Part shown: in pieces, positions 19,491 to 29,406 of the stretch
Numbering within the stretch: the first letter of the stretch is position 1
Layout: each line of letters starts with the position of its first letter
Assembly: GCA_027021705.1 (NCBI GenBank)
Contig: JALUTT010000145.1
Location: 64,001-128,000 of the forward strand
Reading direction: 5' to 3'
DNA from: Anaerolineae bacterium
GTDB lineage: Bacteria > Chloroflexota > Anaerolineae > S140-20
Length of the DNA stretch: 64,000 nt
The notes under the pieces: model-generated
Told to the model about the DNA's origin: nothing
Seen by the model: the letters and a program-made list of their open reading frames with translations, nothing else
Databases searched by the model: none
Program-made: the position numbers and the translations under genes

Positions 19491-21954
19491 CCCCCTCCTC
19501 GTCTTCGCCTTCGGCTTCGGAGGCGCTGCTCGATGCCCTCTCTTCCTCTTCTCCTTCTCGTCGGGTTGCCCGCCGCAGTTCCTCGGCCAGCTCAGCCAGC
19601 CGTTGGGAGACGGCCCAGTTGACCGTTCCCTCGGGGTAGGTGCCGTCCTCCTGCAACTCGCCGGCCGGAACGCCCGTGAGGATCTCGATCCCTTCGTCCA
19701 CCGTCCGCACCGGCCAGATGTGGAACTCACCCTCCCGGACCGCTTCGATCACGTCCTCCCGCAGCATCAGGTTGCGGACATTGCCGACCGGGATGATCAC
19801 GCCCTGATCACCTGTCAGCCCTTTGGCCTTGCAGATGTCGAAGAACCCCTCGATCTTCTCGTTGATCCCCCCGACGGGCTGGAGCTCGCCGTGCTGGTTC
19901 ACCGAGCCGGTGACGGCGATCCCCTGTTTGATAGGGTAGCCAGAAAGGCTGGAGAGGATGGCATAGAGCTCGGTCGAGGAGGCGCTGTCCCCTTCCACAC
20001 CCTCGTAGGACTGCTCGAAGACCAAGCTGGCCGAGAGGGTCAGGGGGGCGTTCTGGGCGTACTTACGGCCCAAGTAGCTGCTCAGGATGAGCACGCCCTT
20101 GCTGTGGATGGGACCGCTGAGCTCCACTTCGCGCTCGATGTTGACGACGCCGGCCTTGCCCACGAAGGTGTTGGCCGTCACCCGAGAGGGCCGACCGAAG
20201 GTATAGTCCCCCAGCAGGATTACCGAGAGGCCGTTGATCTGACCCACCCGCTCGCCGGTGGTGTCAATCATCACCGTCCCTTGGGTGATGAGCTCTTTGA
20301 TCCGCTCCTCCAGCAGGTTGCTGCGGAAGGTCTTTTCCTCGATAGCGCGGCGGACGTCGTCGGCGGTGACCACCGAGTGGCCGTTGCGGCTGGCCCAGAA
20401 GCTGGCTTCTCGGACCAGGTCGGCGATCTCCCCAAAGCGGGTGGAGAGCTTGTACTGGTCCTCCACCAGCCGGGAACTGTGCTCGATCACCTGGGCCACC
20501 GCCCCCCGGTCGAAGGGGAGCAGTCCGTCCTCCTGACAGATGGTGCGCACGAAGAGGGCGTACTGATACTCCGTCTCCGGCGTGCGGTCCATCTGGGTGG
20601 CGAAGTCGGCCTTCACCTTGAAGAGCTTTTGGAAGTCTTCCTCGTAGTAGTAGAGCAGATAGTAGAGCAGGGGGCTGCCGATGAGGACGACCTTCACGTC
20701 CAGCGGGATGGGCTCCGGCTCCAGCGTGACGGTGCTGACCAAGCTGAGCTGGGTGCCCAGCTCCTCGATGCGGATGCAGCGGTCCTTCAGCGAGCGCTTC
20801 AGGCCGTCCCAGGCGAAGGGGTTGAGGAGCACATCTCGCACGGGGAGGATCAGGTAGCCCCCGTTGGCCCGGTGCAGCGCCCCCGGCTTGATCATCGTGA
20901 AGTCGGTGGAGAAGACGCCCATCACCGCTTGGTGCTCGATCCGCCCGATGAGGTTGTGGTAGGTGGGGTTCGTCTCCACGACCACCGGTGCTCCCTTCTC
21001 CTCGCTGCGGTCCACCAGCACGTTCACCTCGTAGCGGGTGAAGGGGGAACGCTCAACGGGGAGGGGGATGCCGGCGATCTGGGCCTTAGGCTTCTCCTCG
21101 CCGGCCTTGAAGAGGTCCACGTTCTCCACGATGTCATCCCGCACACTGTCCAGGTAGGCCAGCACCTCATCCAGCCCTTCGTACTTTTCCTTCAGGTCCT
21201 CGATGAGGTGGCCGACGGCGAAGAGGGTGGTCTCCCGGTCCAGTTGGCGGAGCTTCTCCCGCATCTCCTTCTCCAGCTCACGGATGCGGCGCAGGCCCTG
21301 CTCGACTTTCTGCTCCAGCTTCTCGCGCAGTTTCTGGACCTTGGCCCGGCGCTCTTCGGAGAGTTGCTGCAGTTGGGCCTCGGTGAGGGGTTTGCCTTCC
21401 ACCGCCGGGGTGAGGACTAGGCCACCGGGTACTTTGATGAGGGCGAAGCCCCACTCCTGGGCCTCCTTCTGCAGGGCCTCGAAGGCGGCGGCCTGCTGAT
21501 CTTGGGTCTCCTTGATGATCTTCTCGCGGGCCTCCTGGTATTCCTCGCTCTCGAAGGCGCGGGGAATGTCCTGACGGCAGCGGTCCACCAGCTCGGCCAT
21601 ATCGTTGCGCAAGACGATGCCTTGGCCAGGGGGCAGGCGGAGCGCCTTGGGATGGTGGGGGTCGGCGAAGTTGTTCACGTAGCACCAGTCGGAGGGCACA
21701 TCTTCCTCGCTGGCGATGCGCTCTAGGTGCTTGCGGACCAGGGTGGTTCTGCCGGAGCCGGGGAGCCCCAGGGCGAAGACGTTGAAGCCATAGCTAGCGA
21801 TCCCTGCCCCGAAGTCCACCGCCCGCATCGCCCGCTCCTGGCCGATGAAATCCTGCAAGGTGGGCAGGTCGTCGGTCGTCTCAAAATCGAAGGTAGAGGG
21901 ATCACAGATGCGACGGAGTTGCTCAGGCCTGAGTTCGATGGTCTGGTTGGGCAT
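19480..21954 (-). CDS. Lon-like (LonB/LonC-type) AAA protease, peptidase S16
   Basis: GALHRANGGYL, EQSYEGVEGDSAS (catalytic Ser), PVGGINEKIEGF (catalytic Lys). SD GAAGGAGG lies before ATG 21954. Confidence 0.93.
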   Translation of the reverse strand: MPNQTIELRPEQLRRICDPSTFDFETTDDLPTLQDFIGQERAMRAVDFGAGIASYGFNVFALGLPGSGRTTLVRKHLERIASEEDVPSDWCYVNNFADPHHPKALRLPPGQGIVLRNDMAELVDRCRQDIPRAFESEEYQEAREKIIKETQDQQAAAFEALQKEAQEWGFALIKVPGGLVLTPAVEGKPLTEAQLQQLSEERRAKVQKLREKLEQKVEQGLRRIRELEKEMREKLRQLDRETTLFAVGHLIEDLKEKYEGLDEVLAYLDSVRDDIVENVDLFKAGEEKPKAQIAGIPLPVERSPFTRYEVNVLVDRSEEKGAPVVVETNPTYHNLIGRIEHQAVMGVFSTDFTMIKPGALHRANGGYLILPVRDVLLNPFAWDGLKRSLKDRCIRIEELGTQLSLVSTVTLEPEPIPLDVKVVLIGSPLLYYLLYYYEEDFQKLFKVKADFATQMDRTPETEYQYALFVRTICQEDGLLPFDRGAVAQVIEHSSRLVEDQYKLSTRFGEIADLVREASFWASRNGHSVVTADDVRRAIEEKTFRSNLLEERIKELITQGTVMIDTTGERVGQINGLSVILLGDYTFGRPSRVTANTFVGKAGVVNIEREVELSGPIHSKGVLILSSYLGRKYAQNAPLTLSASLVFEQSYEGVEGDSASSTELYAILSSLSGYPIKQGIAVTGSVNQHGELQPVGGINEKIEGFFDICKAKGLTGDQGVIIPVGNVRNLMLREDVIEAVREGEFHIWPVRTVDEGIEILTGVPAGELQEDGTYPEGTVNWAVSQRLAELAEELRRATRREGEEEERASSSASEAEGEDEEGDEP

Positions 21955-22001
21955 CGCGCCTCCTTCCCCCATCACGTTCCTTGCATCACCTTTCACTATT
22001 C

Positions 22002-22066
22002 ATCTTAGCACATCTGGCGAGGAAAGTCAACGACCCGTTGCCCTTCGTGCTCATTTGTGTTACACT
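22002..22066. promoter_or_regulatory. Divergent sigma70 promoters (Lon-like gene and dynamin gene)
   Basis: Minus strand: TTGACT-17bp-TAAGAT (22030 to 22002). Plus strand: TTGCCC(22038)-17bp-TACACT(22061) with TG extension. Confidence 0.7.
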
Positions 22067-22086
22067 AGAGGGGCGTTTCCTCAAGG

Positions 22087-22208
22087 GTGGCTATTCAGCC
22101 TACCCTCCCGCAGGTCACCGGTCGAGGGCGCTTTCGGCCCCGATGGGCTATTGGAAGCACGGTTTCGCGTCGGAAACACGCCTAACCTGCGGGAGGGTGG
22201 ACAGTTAC
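22087..22208 (-). mobile_element. MITE-1 copy B (122 bp)
   Basis: TSD CCTCAAGG / CTTCAAGG (7 of 8 match) at 22079-22086 and 22209-22216. Confidence 0.92.
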
Positions 22209-22233
22209 CTTCAAGGGCTCGGAAGCGGAGGGG

Positions 22234-23982
22234 ATGATGCTTGACGTGCGCTTGACGCCGGCGCAGGAACGGTTGGTGGACCAGGTACGCCAGTGGCTGG
22301 AAGCGTTGCAGGCCGCTCTGGTCGAGTTGAAGGCTACAGCGGAGGACCAGGAGGCCCTGGATCAGTCCTTGCGTCAGTTGGACGACTTCTTCCTCTTGGT
22401 TGTCGTGGGAGAGTTCAACGCGGGCAAGTCTGCCTTCATCAACGCGCTCCTGGGCCATCCCTTGCTGGAGGAGGGCGTTACCCCCACTACCCGGGCCATC
22501 CACTTGCTGCGCTACGGCGAGGAACCGGATCGCACCTTCCAGGATGGCCTCTGGATCCAGACGGCTCCTTTGGACCTGCTCCGCACCATCCACATTGTGG
22601 ACACGCCGGGGACCAACGCGGTCCTGCGGGAGCACGAGGCCATCACCGAGGCTTTCGTCCCCCGCAGCGATCTGGTTCTCTTCGTCACCTCGGCCGACCG
22701 CCCCTTCACCGAGAGCGAGCGCCGTTTCCTGGAGAAGGTACGGGCCTGGGGGAAGAAGATCCTCTTCGTCGTCAACAAGATTGACATCCTCCCCGATGAG
22801 GACGCCATCCAAAAGGTGACCGATTTCGTGGCCCAGAACGCTCAGCGGCTGCTGGGGGTGACGCCGGTGGTCTTTCCCATCTCCGCCCGGTGGGCGTTGC
22901 GGGCGCGGGAGACGGGGGACCGGGCGGTGCTGGCCGGCAGCCGCTTCCCGGCCCTGGAGCGCTACATCCGGGAGACCCTGGACGAGGCCGGCCGCTTCCG
23001 CCTCAAGCTGCTCAACCCCCTGGGTGTGGGCCGACGACTGGCGAACCACTACCGGGAGGCGGTCGAGGCGGAGCTGGCCCTGCTGGCCGCCGACCGAGAG
23101 GCCATTGACGGCCTGGAGCGCCAACTGGCCCTCTACGAGGCCGACGTCCGACGGGATTTCCGCCTGCGGTTGAGCGAGATGGACAACTGGCTCCACGAGA
23201 TGGAGAAGCGAGGGCGGCTCTTCTTCGACGAGACGCTGCGGCTGGCCCGGCTCTTCGACCTGATGAAGAAGGAACGGGTGCAGAAAGCCTTCGCCGAGCA
23301 GGTGGTTGCCGATACGCCGGAGCGGATCGAGACGGCCATCGAGGACCTGATTGACTGGCTGGTGGACCAGGACCTGCGCCAATGGCAGGCGGTGACCGGT
23401 TACCTGGAGGCTCAGGTGAAGGCTTACGAAGACCGGCTGGTGGGGCCGACAGGGGCGCTGGGGGGAGCGCTGGCTCAGGACCGCCGCCGGCTGCTGGAAT
23501 CGGTGGGGCAGGCAGCCCGCCGGACCATCGCCGGCTACGACCGGGAGGCGGAGGCGGCGATGCTGGCCGAGACGGCCCAGCGGGCCGTGGCCGAGTCGGC
23601 CCTCTTCGAGGTGGGGGCGGTGGGGTTGGGCACGTTGTTGACCTTGGTGCTGACCTCGACGGCGGCCGACCTGACGGGGCTGGCGGCGGCCGGCACCGTC
23701 GCCCTGATGGGCTTCCTGGTCATCCCCACCCGTCGGCGCCAGGCCAAGGCCCGGCTGGAGGAGAAGGTCGGGCAGTTGCGTCGCCGGCTGGTGCAGGAGC
23801 TGACCCACCACTTCGAGCGGGAGTTCAACCACAGCCTGCAGCGGATCCGCGACGCCGTGGCCCCTTACACCCGCTTCGTGCGGGCGGAGACGGCCCGGCT
23901 GGAGGCCCAACAGGCCCGCCTGGCCGAGATCGTGGAGGCGCTGCAGGCCCTGCAGGTCGAGGTGGAGCGGTGGAAGGGCTGA
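22234..23982 (+). CDS. Dynamin-like GTPase
   Basis: G1 GEFNAGKS, G2 GVTPTT, G3 DTPG, G4 NKID, helical stalk and C-terminal hydrophobic paddle. Confidence 0.92.
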   Translation: MMLDVRLTPAQERLVDQVRQWLEALQAALVELKATAEDQEALDQSLRQLDDFFLLVVVGEFNAGKSAFINALLGHPLLEEGVTPTTRAIHLLRYGEEPDRTFQDGLWIQTAPLDLLRTIHIVDTPGTNAVLREHEAITEAFVPRSDLVLFVTSADRPFTESERRFLEKVRAWGKKILFVVNKIDILPDEDAIQKVTDFVAQNAQRLLGVTPVVFPISARWALRARETGDRAVLAGSRFPALERYIRETLDEAGRFRLKLLNPLGVGRRLANHYREAVEAELALLAADREAIDGLERQLALYEADVRRDFRLRLSEMDNWLHEMEKRGRLFFDETLRLARLFDLMKKERVQKAFAEQVVADTPERIETAIEDLIDWLVDQDLRQWQAVTGYLEAQVKAYEDRLVGPTGALGGALAQDRRRLLESVGQAARRTIAGYDREAEAAMLAETAQRAVAESALFEVGAVGLGTLLTLVLTSTAADLTGLAAAGTVALMGFLVIPTRRRQAKARLEEKVGQLRRRLVQELTHHFEREFNHSLQRIRDAVAPYTRFVRAETARLEAQQARLAEIVEALQALQVEVERWKG

Positions 23983-25538
23983 TGGGGGAGCAGGCTCCTG
24001 GGATGGTGCGCCGGGACTTCTGGCGGTTGGCCTGGGACTTGCTGGTTCACGACATCACCCTGGCCCTCTTGCTGGTCGGGGTGGCCTTGACCTCTTTGCT
24101 CCTCGCCGTGCTCCCTCAGATGCCGGCCGGCGGGCCGGCGGGTGACCCTTCGGCCTACGCCCGCTGGATCAGCGAGGTGACCCGCACCTGGGGGCGGTGG
24201 CGAGGGCTCCTGGAGGGGGCGGGGCTCTTCGCCATTGGGCGGGCGGTCTGGTTTCGCCTCCTCCTGGCGGCGACGGCCTTGAGCTTGGGGTTGCGGGGTG
24301 TCCGGGCGATCTGGCAGCTCTGGGAGGGGCGGCAGCCCGTCGCGTCGCCGCCGGCGGGCCTGCCCAGGGCATCGCTGGAGGGGACACCCTCGGCGCTGGC
24401 CCGGCGGCTCCGGCAACAGCGCTGGCGGCTCCGCACCGCCCCCGACGACGACACCCACACCCTCTACCTGGCCGACCGCTGGCCTTGGGGGCCGCTCGGC
24501 GGCCTGTTGGCCCATTGGGGGCCGCTCCTCTGGCTGGTCGGCCTGCTCCTCTGGGCGACCGGCGGCTGGGAGGTGCGGGAGATCCGGCTGGCGGCGGGCC
24601 AGGCAGCCGCGCTGGGGGGCGGGACCGACTACACGGTCGAGTTGCACGCCCTGGATGCGGCCTCCTCTCAGGCCCAAGTGATCCTCTGGAGTCGAGGGGT
24701 GGCGGTGGGGCAGGGAACCGTCGGGTCGGGACAGGTCCTGCGGACGGGGGGGCTGGTCGTGCGCCTGACGGCCGTCCGCTACGCCCTGGAGGTCGAGGGC
24801 ACCACGGCCGATGGGGAGCCGTTGCCCCTGCGCATCGCCGCCAGTGCCAACCCCGAGGAGCGCCTCTTCCTGCTCTTTGCGCCGGATCAGGTGGACCAGT
24901 ACTTCGCAGCGCCGGAGGCGGAGTTCGCCGCCCAGGTCACGCTGACCGACCTGGAGGCGCCGGTGCCTCGGCTGCGCATCTACCGCAGCCGGACGGGAGC
25001 CCCCGTCTACGACGCCCCGTTGCCGGAGGATGGGGTGGTCGCCCTCTCCAACGCCACCCTGCACTTCCGACCTACCCACTACGCCGTGCTGGAGGCGGTG
25101 CGCAACCCCGGCCTGCCCTGGCAAGGGGTTGGGCTGACCCTGACCGGGGTGGGGGTGCTGGGGATGCTCTTCTGGCCGGCCTGGCGTCTCTGGTTGCGGG
25201 AAGGTGGCACCGAGGGGGAAGAGGACGAGGCCCGGCCGCGCACCGAGGTGGTGGGCGAGCCGCCGGCGGCCTTGGTCTGGCTGGAGGGGTGGGCGGCCGG
25301 TGGGGAGGCGACGCAGGGTTGGCGTCCTCGGCTCCTGGGGTGGGGGCCGTCCTTCTTGGTGGCCCTGGTCACGTTGGGGTTGCTGGGGGTGGCCGCCGGA
25401 GGGATGGTGACGCAGGGACGTTTCCCGGCCCGACCGATGGAGTGGGAGGCGTTGGCCGGGTGGCTCCTCCTGGTGGCAGGGGGGCTGTGTCGGAGGACAC
25501 TGCTCGCTCGCAAATGGCGCCCCCCAGATGGTCTATGA
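23982..25538 (+). CDS. ResB/Ccs1-like cytochrome c biogenesis membrane protein
   Basis: TM helix, LPQMP, WF..LL, conserved AHWG.LL, large extracytoplasmic domain, RNPGLP plus TM helix. Coupled to the dynamin stop (TGATG). Confidence 0.7.
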   Translation: MGEQAPGMVRRDFWRLAWDLLVHDITLALLLVGVALTSLLLAVLPQMPAGGPAGDPSAYARWISEVTRTWGRWRGLLEGAGLFAIGRAVWFRLLLAATALSLGLRGVRAIWQLWEGRQPVASPPAGLPRASLEGTPSALARRLRQQRWRLRTAPDDDTHTLYLADRWPWGPLGGLLAHWGPLLWLVGLLLWATGGWEVREIRLAAGQAAALGGGTDYTVELHALDAASSQAQVILWSRGVAVGQGTVGSGQVLRTGGLVVRLTAVRYALEVEGTTADGEPLPLRIAASANPEERLFLLFAPDQVDQYFAAPEAEFAAQVTLTDLEAPVPRLRIYRSRTGAPVYDAPLPEDGVVALSNATLHFRPTHYAVLEAVRNPGLPWQGVGLTLTGVGVLGMLFWPAWRLWLREGGTEGEEDEARPRTEVVGEPPAALVWLEGWAAGGEATQGWRPRLLGWGPSFLVALVTLGLLGVAAGGMVTQGRFPARPMEWEALAGWLLLVAGGLCRRTLLARKWRPPDGL

Positions 25539-25562
25539 GCTGAGCACTCCTGGGCCTTTTGA

Positions 25563-25814
25563 ACACACCTGTGGGGAGGGCGTGTGAATGCGCCGGCCAT
25601 CTCTCGTGCCGTCTCTGCCTACGCAGCCCAGTTGAGCTTGGGAACCAGCGTGGTAGAGTATTTGAAGATCCCTGTTTGGGATCCGGCGAACTCCATTCAT
25701 CGGCGATTGGCGCAACTGGCCAAGGAGATAACTGCAAGGGGGAAACCGCCTACGCAGGGTGAGATCCGCGAGGTAGACCGGCTGGCTATGAAAATCCTCG
25801 ACCCGAGAGCGTGA
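25563..25814 (+). pseudogene. C-terminal remnant of a type IIG-like restriction-modification / N6-DNA methylase gene
   Basis: THLWGGRVNAPAISRAVSAY...VVEYLKIPVWDPANSIHRRLAQLAKEI...IREVDRLAMKI resembles, from recall, the LNS..../IP.FDP.N..H..LA.L C-terminus of such enzymes. An in-frame stop lies directly upstream and the GC is lower than in the flanks. Confidence 0.55.
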
Positions 25815-25866
25815 AGTGGACCTAGCACCTCTCGTCCGCACGACGCCGCGTGAACTTTAGCTTGAT

Positions 25867-26112
25867 ATGAAGACGGTGGTTGTGGAAGCAGAAGTGCAGG
25901 AGGACGGCCGGCTGCGCCTGGATACACCGGTGGACCTGCCGCCGGGCAGAGTTGAGGTCGTCCTGGTCATTCAGCCGACTGAGACCTCCGGTCCTCCTTA
26001 CCCAACCTTGGCAGGGCGCTGGCGCGACCTGTTTCCTCTCGATTTCGACCTGGACCGTGCACTGCACGAGATCCGCCATGCATGGGAGCAGGAGTGGGAG
26101 AGCTTAGGGTAG
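25867..26112 (+). CDS. Small antitoxin-like protein (AbrB/DUF104-like N-terminus), no cognate toxin
   Basis: MKTVVVEAEVQEDGRLRLDTPVDLPPGRVEVVLV...LAGRW...IRHAWEQEW pattern. Confidence 0.6.
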   Translation: MKTVVVEAEVQEDGRLRLDTPVDLPPGRVEVVLVIQPTETSGPPYPTLAGRWRDLFPLDFDLDRALHEIRHAWEQEWESLG

Positions 26113-28199
26113 GTGGACCGGGGCTAGAAAGAGCGCTGCTCTCCGTCGCCCGGCGGTTCTGGCCCGCCCTGGGGACGATGGAGGGGCGGGAACGGACCGT
26201 CGGGGTGGGGGATGTGGTGGGCGTCCTCTACAGCCTCCCCCTGCTGCTGGGGGGCTTGGCCTGGTTGGCCGCCGCTACCGACCCGGCGGTCCTGCGGCAA
26301 GCCTGGCCAGTGCTCCTGCTCCTCTTCCTCCTCCTCTTCCTCTTCCAGCGGCTTGCGTTTTACCTCTTCGTCGAGATCAGGCCGGGGACCTTCGCCAACT
26401 TCGAGGGAACGCTGGGGGCCGTGGTCGTCTGGTCGGCGGCCCTCATCTTCGGCCCGACGGCCCTGTGGCCCCTGGTCCTCCGCCAGGCCATCGGCTTCGC
26501 CCGGCACTGGCGGCGGGCTGCCTCCCCCGGCCTGCGCTGGAACCTGGCCCGCAATGCGACGCTGGGGATCGCGGAGGCGGCCGTCAGCAGCCTGACCGCC
26601 CTGGCCCTCTACGAACGCTGGGGCGGCCTCTTCCCCCTGCCGGGGCTGCGGCCCGATGCGGCCCTGCTGGCCCTCGCCGCGACCTTCATCCGCTTCCTGC
26701 TGGCGGCCCTGATCTGGATGCCCTTGGTGGTCTACTTCGCCACCGCCCGGCCCCTGGCCCTGGCCGAGAGTGCGGCCGCGCTGAGGACCTTCGTCGGCTT
26801 CCTGGTGATGGCGCTGGGCTGGCCGGCCCTGGTGGATCCCTTCGCCATCCTGGCGGCGGGCCTCTACGCCCAGAGCGGGGTGGGGGCCTACCTCTTCTTC
26901 ATCCTCGGGCTGCTCCTGACCAGCCTCTTGGCCCACCGGTTGAGCCAGGCCGTCGAGCGGAGCCAGCAGCGCTCCCGCGAGCTGGCGAAGCTGGAGGCCC
27001 TGGGCCGCGCGGTGATCAAGGCCCCGCCCGATGCCTCCACCCTGCCCGACCTCCTGCGCGAGCACGTCCCCGCCATGTTCCCGGAGAGCCGGATCGCCAT
27101 CCGCCTCTTCCCCGACCGGACCCTCCTGCGCTATCCCCGGGGAGAGCCGCCGGTGGCCGACGCCGCCTGGACGTGGCTGGAGACGGCGGACGAGGCCCGT
27201 TGCTTCCTGCCGGGGGCGGCGCTGCCCTGGGACGGGCGGCCGACCGAGAGGGCGTTGGTGGTGGCCCCCATCCTCGACGTGGAGCGGGGGGAGCCCATCG
27301 GGGGGATCTGCCTGTCGCCGCTGCGGGAGCCCAAGGCGGCGGTGGGGCTGCTCCCGGCGGTGCAGGCCCTGGCCGCCCAGGTCGCCTCGGCCCTGCACGG
27401 TGCCGAGGTCTACGCCCGGACCCTGGCCCACCAGCGGGTGGCTCAGGAGCTGGCCCTGGCGGGGAGGATCCAGGCCAGCTTCCTGCCGGGAGCCTTGCCG
27501 GAGGTCCCCGGGTGGCAGGTGGCGGCGGTGCTGGAGCCGGCCCGGGAGACCTCGGGCGACTTTTACGACTTCATCCCCCTGTCCGACGGGCGGTTGGGCC
27601 TCCTGGTCGCCGACGTGGCCGACAAAGGGGTGGGGGCGGCCCTCTACATGGCCCTCAGCCGCACCCTCCTGCGCACCTACGCGGTCGAGTACGCGACCCG
27701 GCCCGAACGGGTGCTCGCCGCCGCCAACCGGCGCATCCTGGCCGACGCCCAGGCGGGCCTCTTCATCACCGTCTTCTACGGCGTGCTCGACCCGCCCAGC
27801 GGGAGGCTCACCTACGCCAGCGCCGGCCACAACCCGCCCTACCTCGTCCGGGCGGCCGGCGAAGCGGGGAGAGCGGTGCAGACCCTGCGGAGGACGGGCA
27901 TCCCCCTGGGCATCCTCGACGAAGGGACCTGGGAGCGGCGGACGGTCCACCTGGCCCCCGGCGACCTGCTGGTGCTCTATACCGACGGCGTCACCGAGGC
28001 CCAGAACGCCCAGGGGCGTTTCTTCGGCGAGGAGCGGCTGCTGGCGGTCCTGCAGGCCCATCGGGAACGCCCGGCCCAGGCGGTGTGCGACGCGCTGTTG
28101 ACGGCGGTCCGGGAGTTCGCCGGGGGAGCCCCTCCGTCGGACGACATCACCCTGGTCGTCGTGGCACGACAGGGAGCGCGGAAGGAGGCAGAGACCTGA
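26082..28199 (+). CDS. Membrane-bound SpoIIE/RsbU-type PP2C phosphatase with GAF-like domain (start uncertain)
   Basis: About 7 TM helices; ELALAGRIQ, SGDFYDF, ADVADKG, SAGHNPP, YTDGVTE, DDITL. Confidence 0.9.
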   Translation: MGAGVGELRVGGPGLERALLSVARRFWPALGTMEGRERTVGVGDVVGVLYSLPLLLGGLAWLAAATDPAVLRQAWPVLLLLFLLLFLFQRLAFYLFVEIRPGTFANFEGTLGAVVVWSAALIFGPTALWPLVLRQAIGFARHWRRAASPGLRWNLARNATLGIAEAAVSSLTALALYERWGGLFPLPGLRPDAALLALAATFIRFLLAALIWMPLVVYFATARPLALAESAAALRTFVGFLVMALGWPALVDPFAILAAGLYAQSGVGAYLFFILGLLLTSLLAHRLSQAVERSQQRSRELAKLEALGRAVIKAPPDASTLPDLLREHVPAMFPESRIAIRLFPDRTLLRYPRGEPPVADAAWTWLETADEARCFLPGAALPWDGRPTERALVVAPILDVERGEPIGGICLSPLREPKAAVGLLPAVQALAAQVASALHGAEVYARTLAHQRVAQELALAGRIQASFLPGALPEVPGWQVAAVLEPARETSGDFYDFIPLSDGRLGLLVADVADKGVGAALYMALSRTLLRTYAVEYATRPERVLAAANRRILADAQAGLFITVFYGVLDPPSGRLTYASAGHNPPYLVRAAGEAGRAVQTLRRTGIPLGILDEGTWERRTVHLAPGDLLVLYTDGVTEAQNAQGRFFGEERLLAVLQAHRERPAQAVCDALLTAVREFAGGAPPSDDITLVVVARQGARKEAET

Positions 28200-29329
28200 T
28201 GGACGACGTGGTCATTGTCGCAGCGGTGCGGACGCCGGTGGGGCGGGGGAAGCCCGATGGAGCGCTGAGCGCCATCCCGCCGGTCAAGCTGCTGGCCTTG
28301 GTGCTGCGGGAGGTCGTGCGCCGGGCCGGCGTCGAGCCGGGGCAGGTGGAAGATGTGATCGTCGGCTGCGTCACCCAGACGGGGGAGCAGGGGGCCAACA
28401 TCGCCCGCCTGGCGGCCCTCTACGCCGGCTTCCCCGTGGAGGTGCCGGCCCTCAGCCTCAACCGGATGTGCGGCTCCAGCCAACAGGCGGCCCACTTCGC
28501 CGCCCAGGCCATCCTGGCGGGCGATATGGAGCTGGTCATCGCCGCCGGCGTCGAGAGCATGAGCCGGGTGCCGATGGGGAGCGACTGGCCCTCCCAGTGG
28601 CCCGCCGACTTCCCCTACCCACTGGTCCATCAGGGGATCAGCGCCGAGATGATGGCCGAGCGGTGGGGGCTCTCGCGGGAGGAGCTGGACGACTTTTCTT
28701 TCGAGAGCCACCGGAAGGCGGCGGCGGCCACCCGGGCCGGCCACTTCCAGGCCGAGATCGTGCCGGTGGAGACGGAGCGGGGGGAGGTCACGGTGGACGA
28801 GGGGATCCGCTTCGAGCCCGATCGGGAGAAGATGGCGGCCCTGAAGCCGGTCTTCAAGGCGGACGGCGTCATCACGGCCGGCAACGCCAGCCAGATCTCC
28901 GACGGGGCGGCGGCCCTGCTGCTGGCCTCGGGGCGGCGGGCGGCCGCGCTGGGGCTGCGACCGCTGGCGGTGGTGCGGGCGCGGGCGGTGGTGGGGACCG
29001 ACCCGGTGCTGATGCTGGACGGGCCGATCCCGGCGACCCGGGCGGTGTTGCAGCGGGCGGGGCTTCGCCTGGCCGACATAGACAGCTTCGAGGTGAACGA
29101 AGCCTTCGCCTCGGTGCCCCTGGCCTGGGCCCGGGAACTCCGGCCCCCGATGGAGCGGGTGAACCCCGACGGCGGGGCCATCGCCCTGGGCCATCCCCTG
29201 GGGGCGACGGGGGCGCGGCTGATGACGACGCTGGCCCACCGGCTGGTCCGCACCGGAGCCCGCTATGGCCTGCAGACGATGTGCATCGGCCACGGCATGG
29301 CCACGGCGACGATCCTGGAGCGGGCGTAG
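28199..29329 (+). CDS. Thiolase (acetyl-CoA C-acyltransferase)
   Basis: RTPVG, NRMCGSS (catalytic Cys), EVNEAF, GGAIALGHPLGATG, MCIGHG. Confidence 0.96.
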   Translation: MDDVVIVAAVRTPVGRGKPDGALSAIPPVKLLALVLREVVRRAGVEPGQVEDVIVGCVTQTGEQGANIARLAALYAGFPVEVPALSLNRMCGSSQQAAHFAAQAILAGDMELVIAAGVESMSRVPMGSDWPSQWPADFPYPLVHQGISAEMMAERWGLSREELDDFSFESHRKAAAATRAGHFQAEIVPVETERGEVTVDEGIRFEPDREKMAALKPVFKADGVITAGNASQISDGAAALLLASGRRAAALGLRPLAVVRARAVVGTDPVLMLDGPIPATRAVLQRAGLRLADIDSFEVNEAFASVPLAWARELRPPMERVNPDGGAIALGHPLGATGARLMTTLAHRLVRTGARYGLQTMCIGHGMATATILERA

Positions 29330-29348
29330 GGCATGTCTGGAGACGCCG

Positions 29349-29377
29349 TTGTCGAAACCGCCTCGCTGTACTATAAT
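29349..29377 (+). promoter_or_regulatory. sigma70 promoter
   Basis: TTGTCG-17bp-TATAAT, followed by SD GAGGAGAGG before ATG 29407. Confidence 0.75.
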
Positions 29378-29406
29378 CCTTAACAGACCTGGCGAGGAGA
29401 GGTGAG

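Noticed and set aside
19231..21420. Long antisense ORFs (19231..21420, 22081..23910, 26124..28061, 42255..44381, 46998..49070, 56854..59202 and others)
   Set aside because: They mirror well-supported genes on the opposite strand, as expected from GC3 bias, and carry no recognisable motifs.
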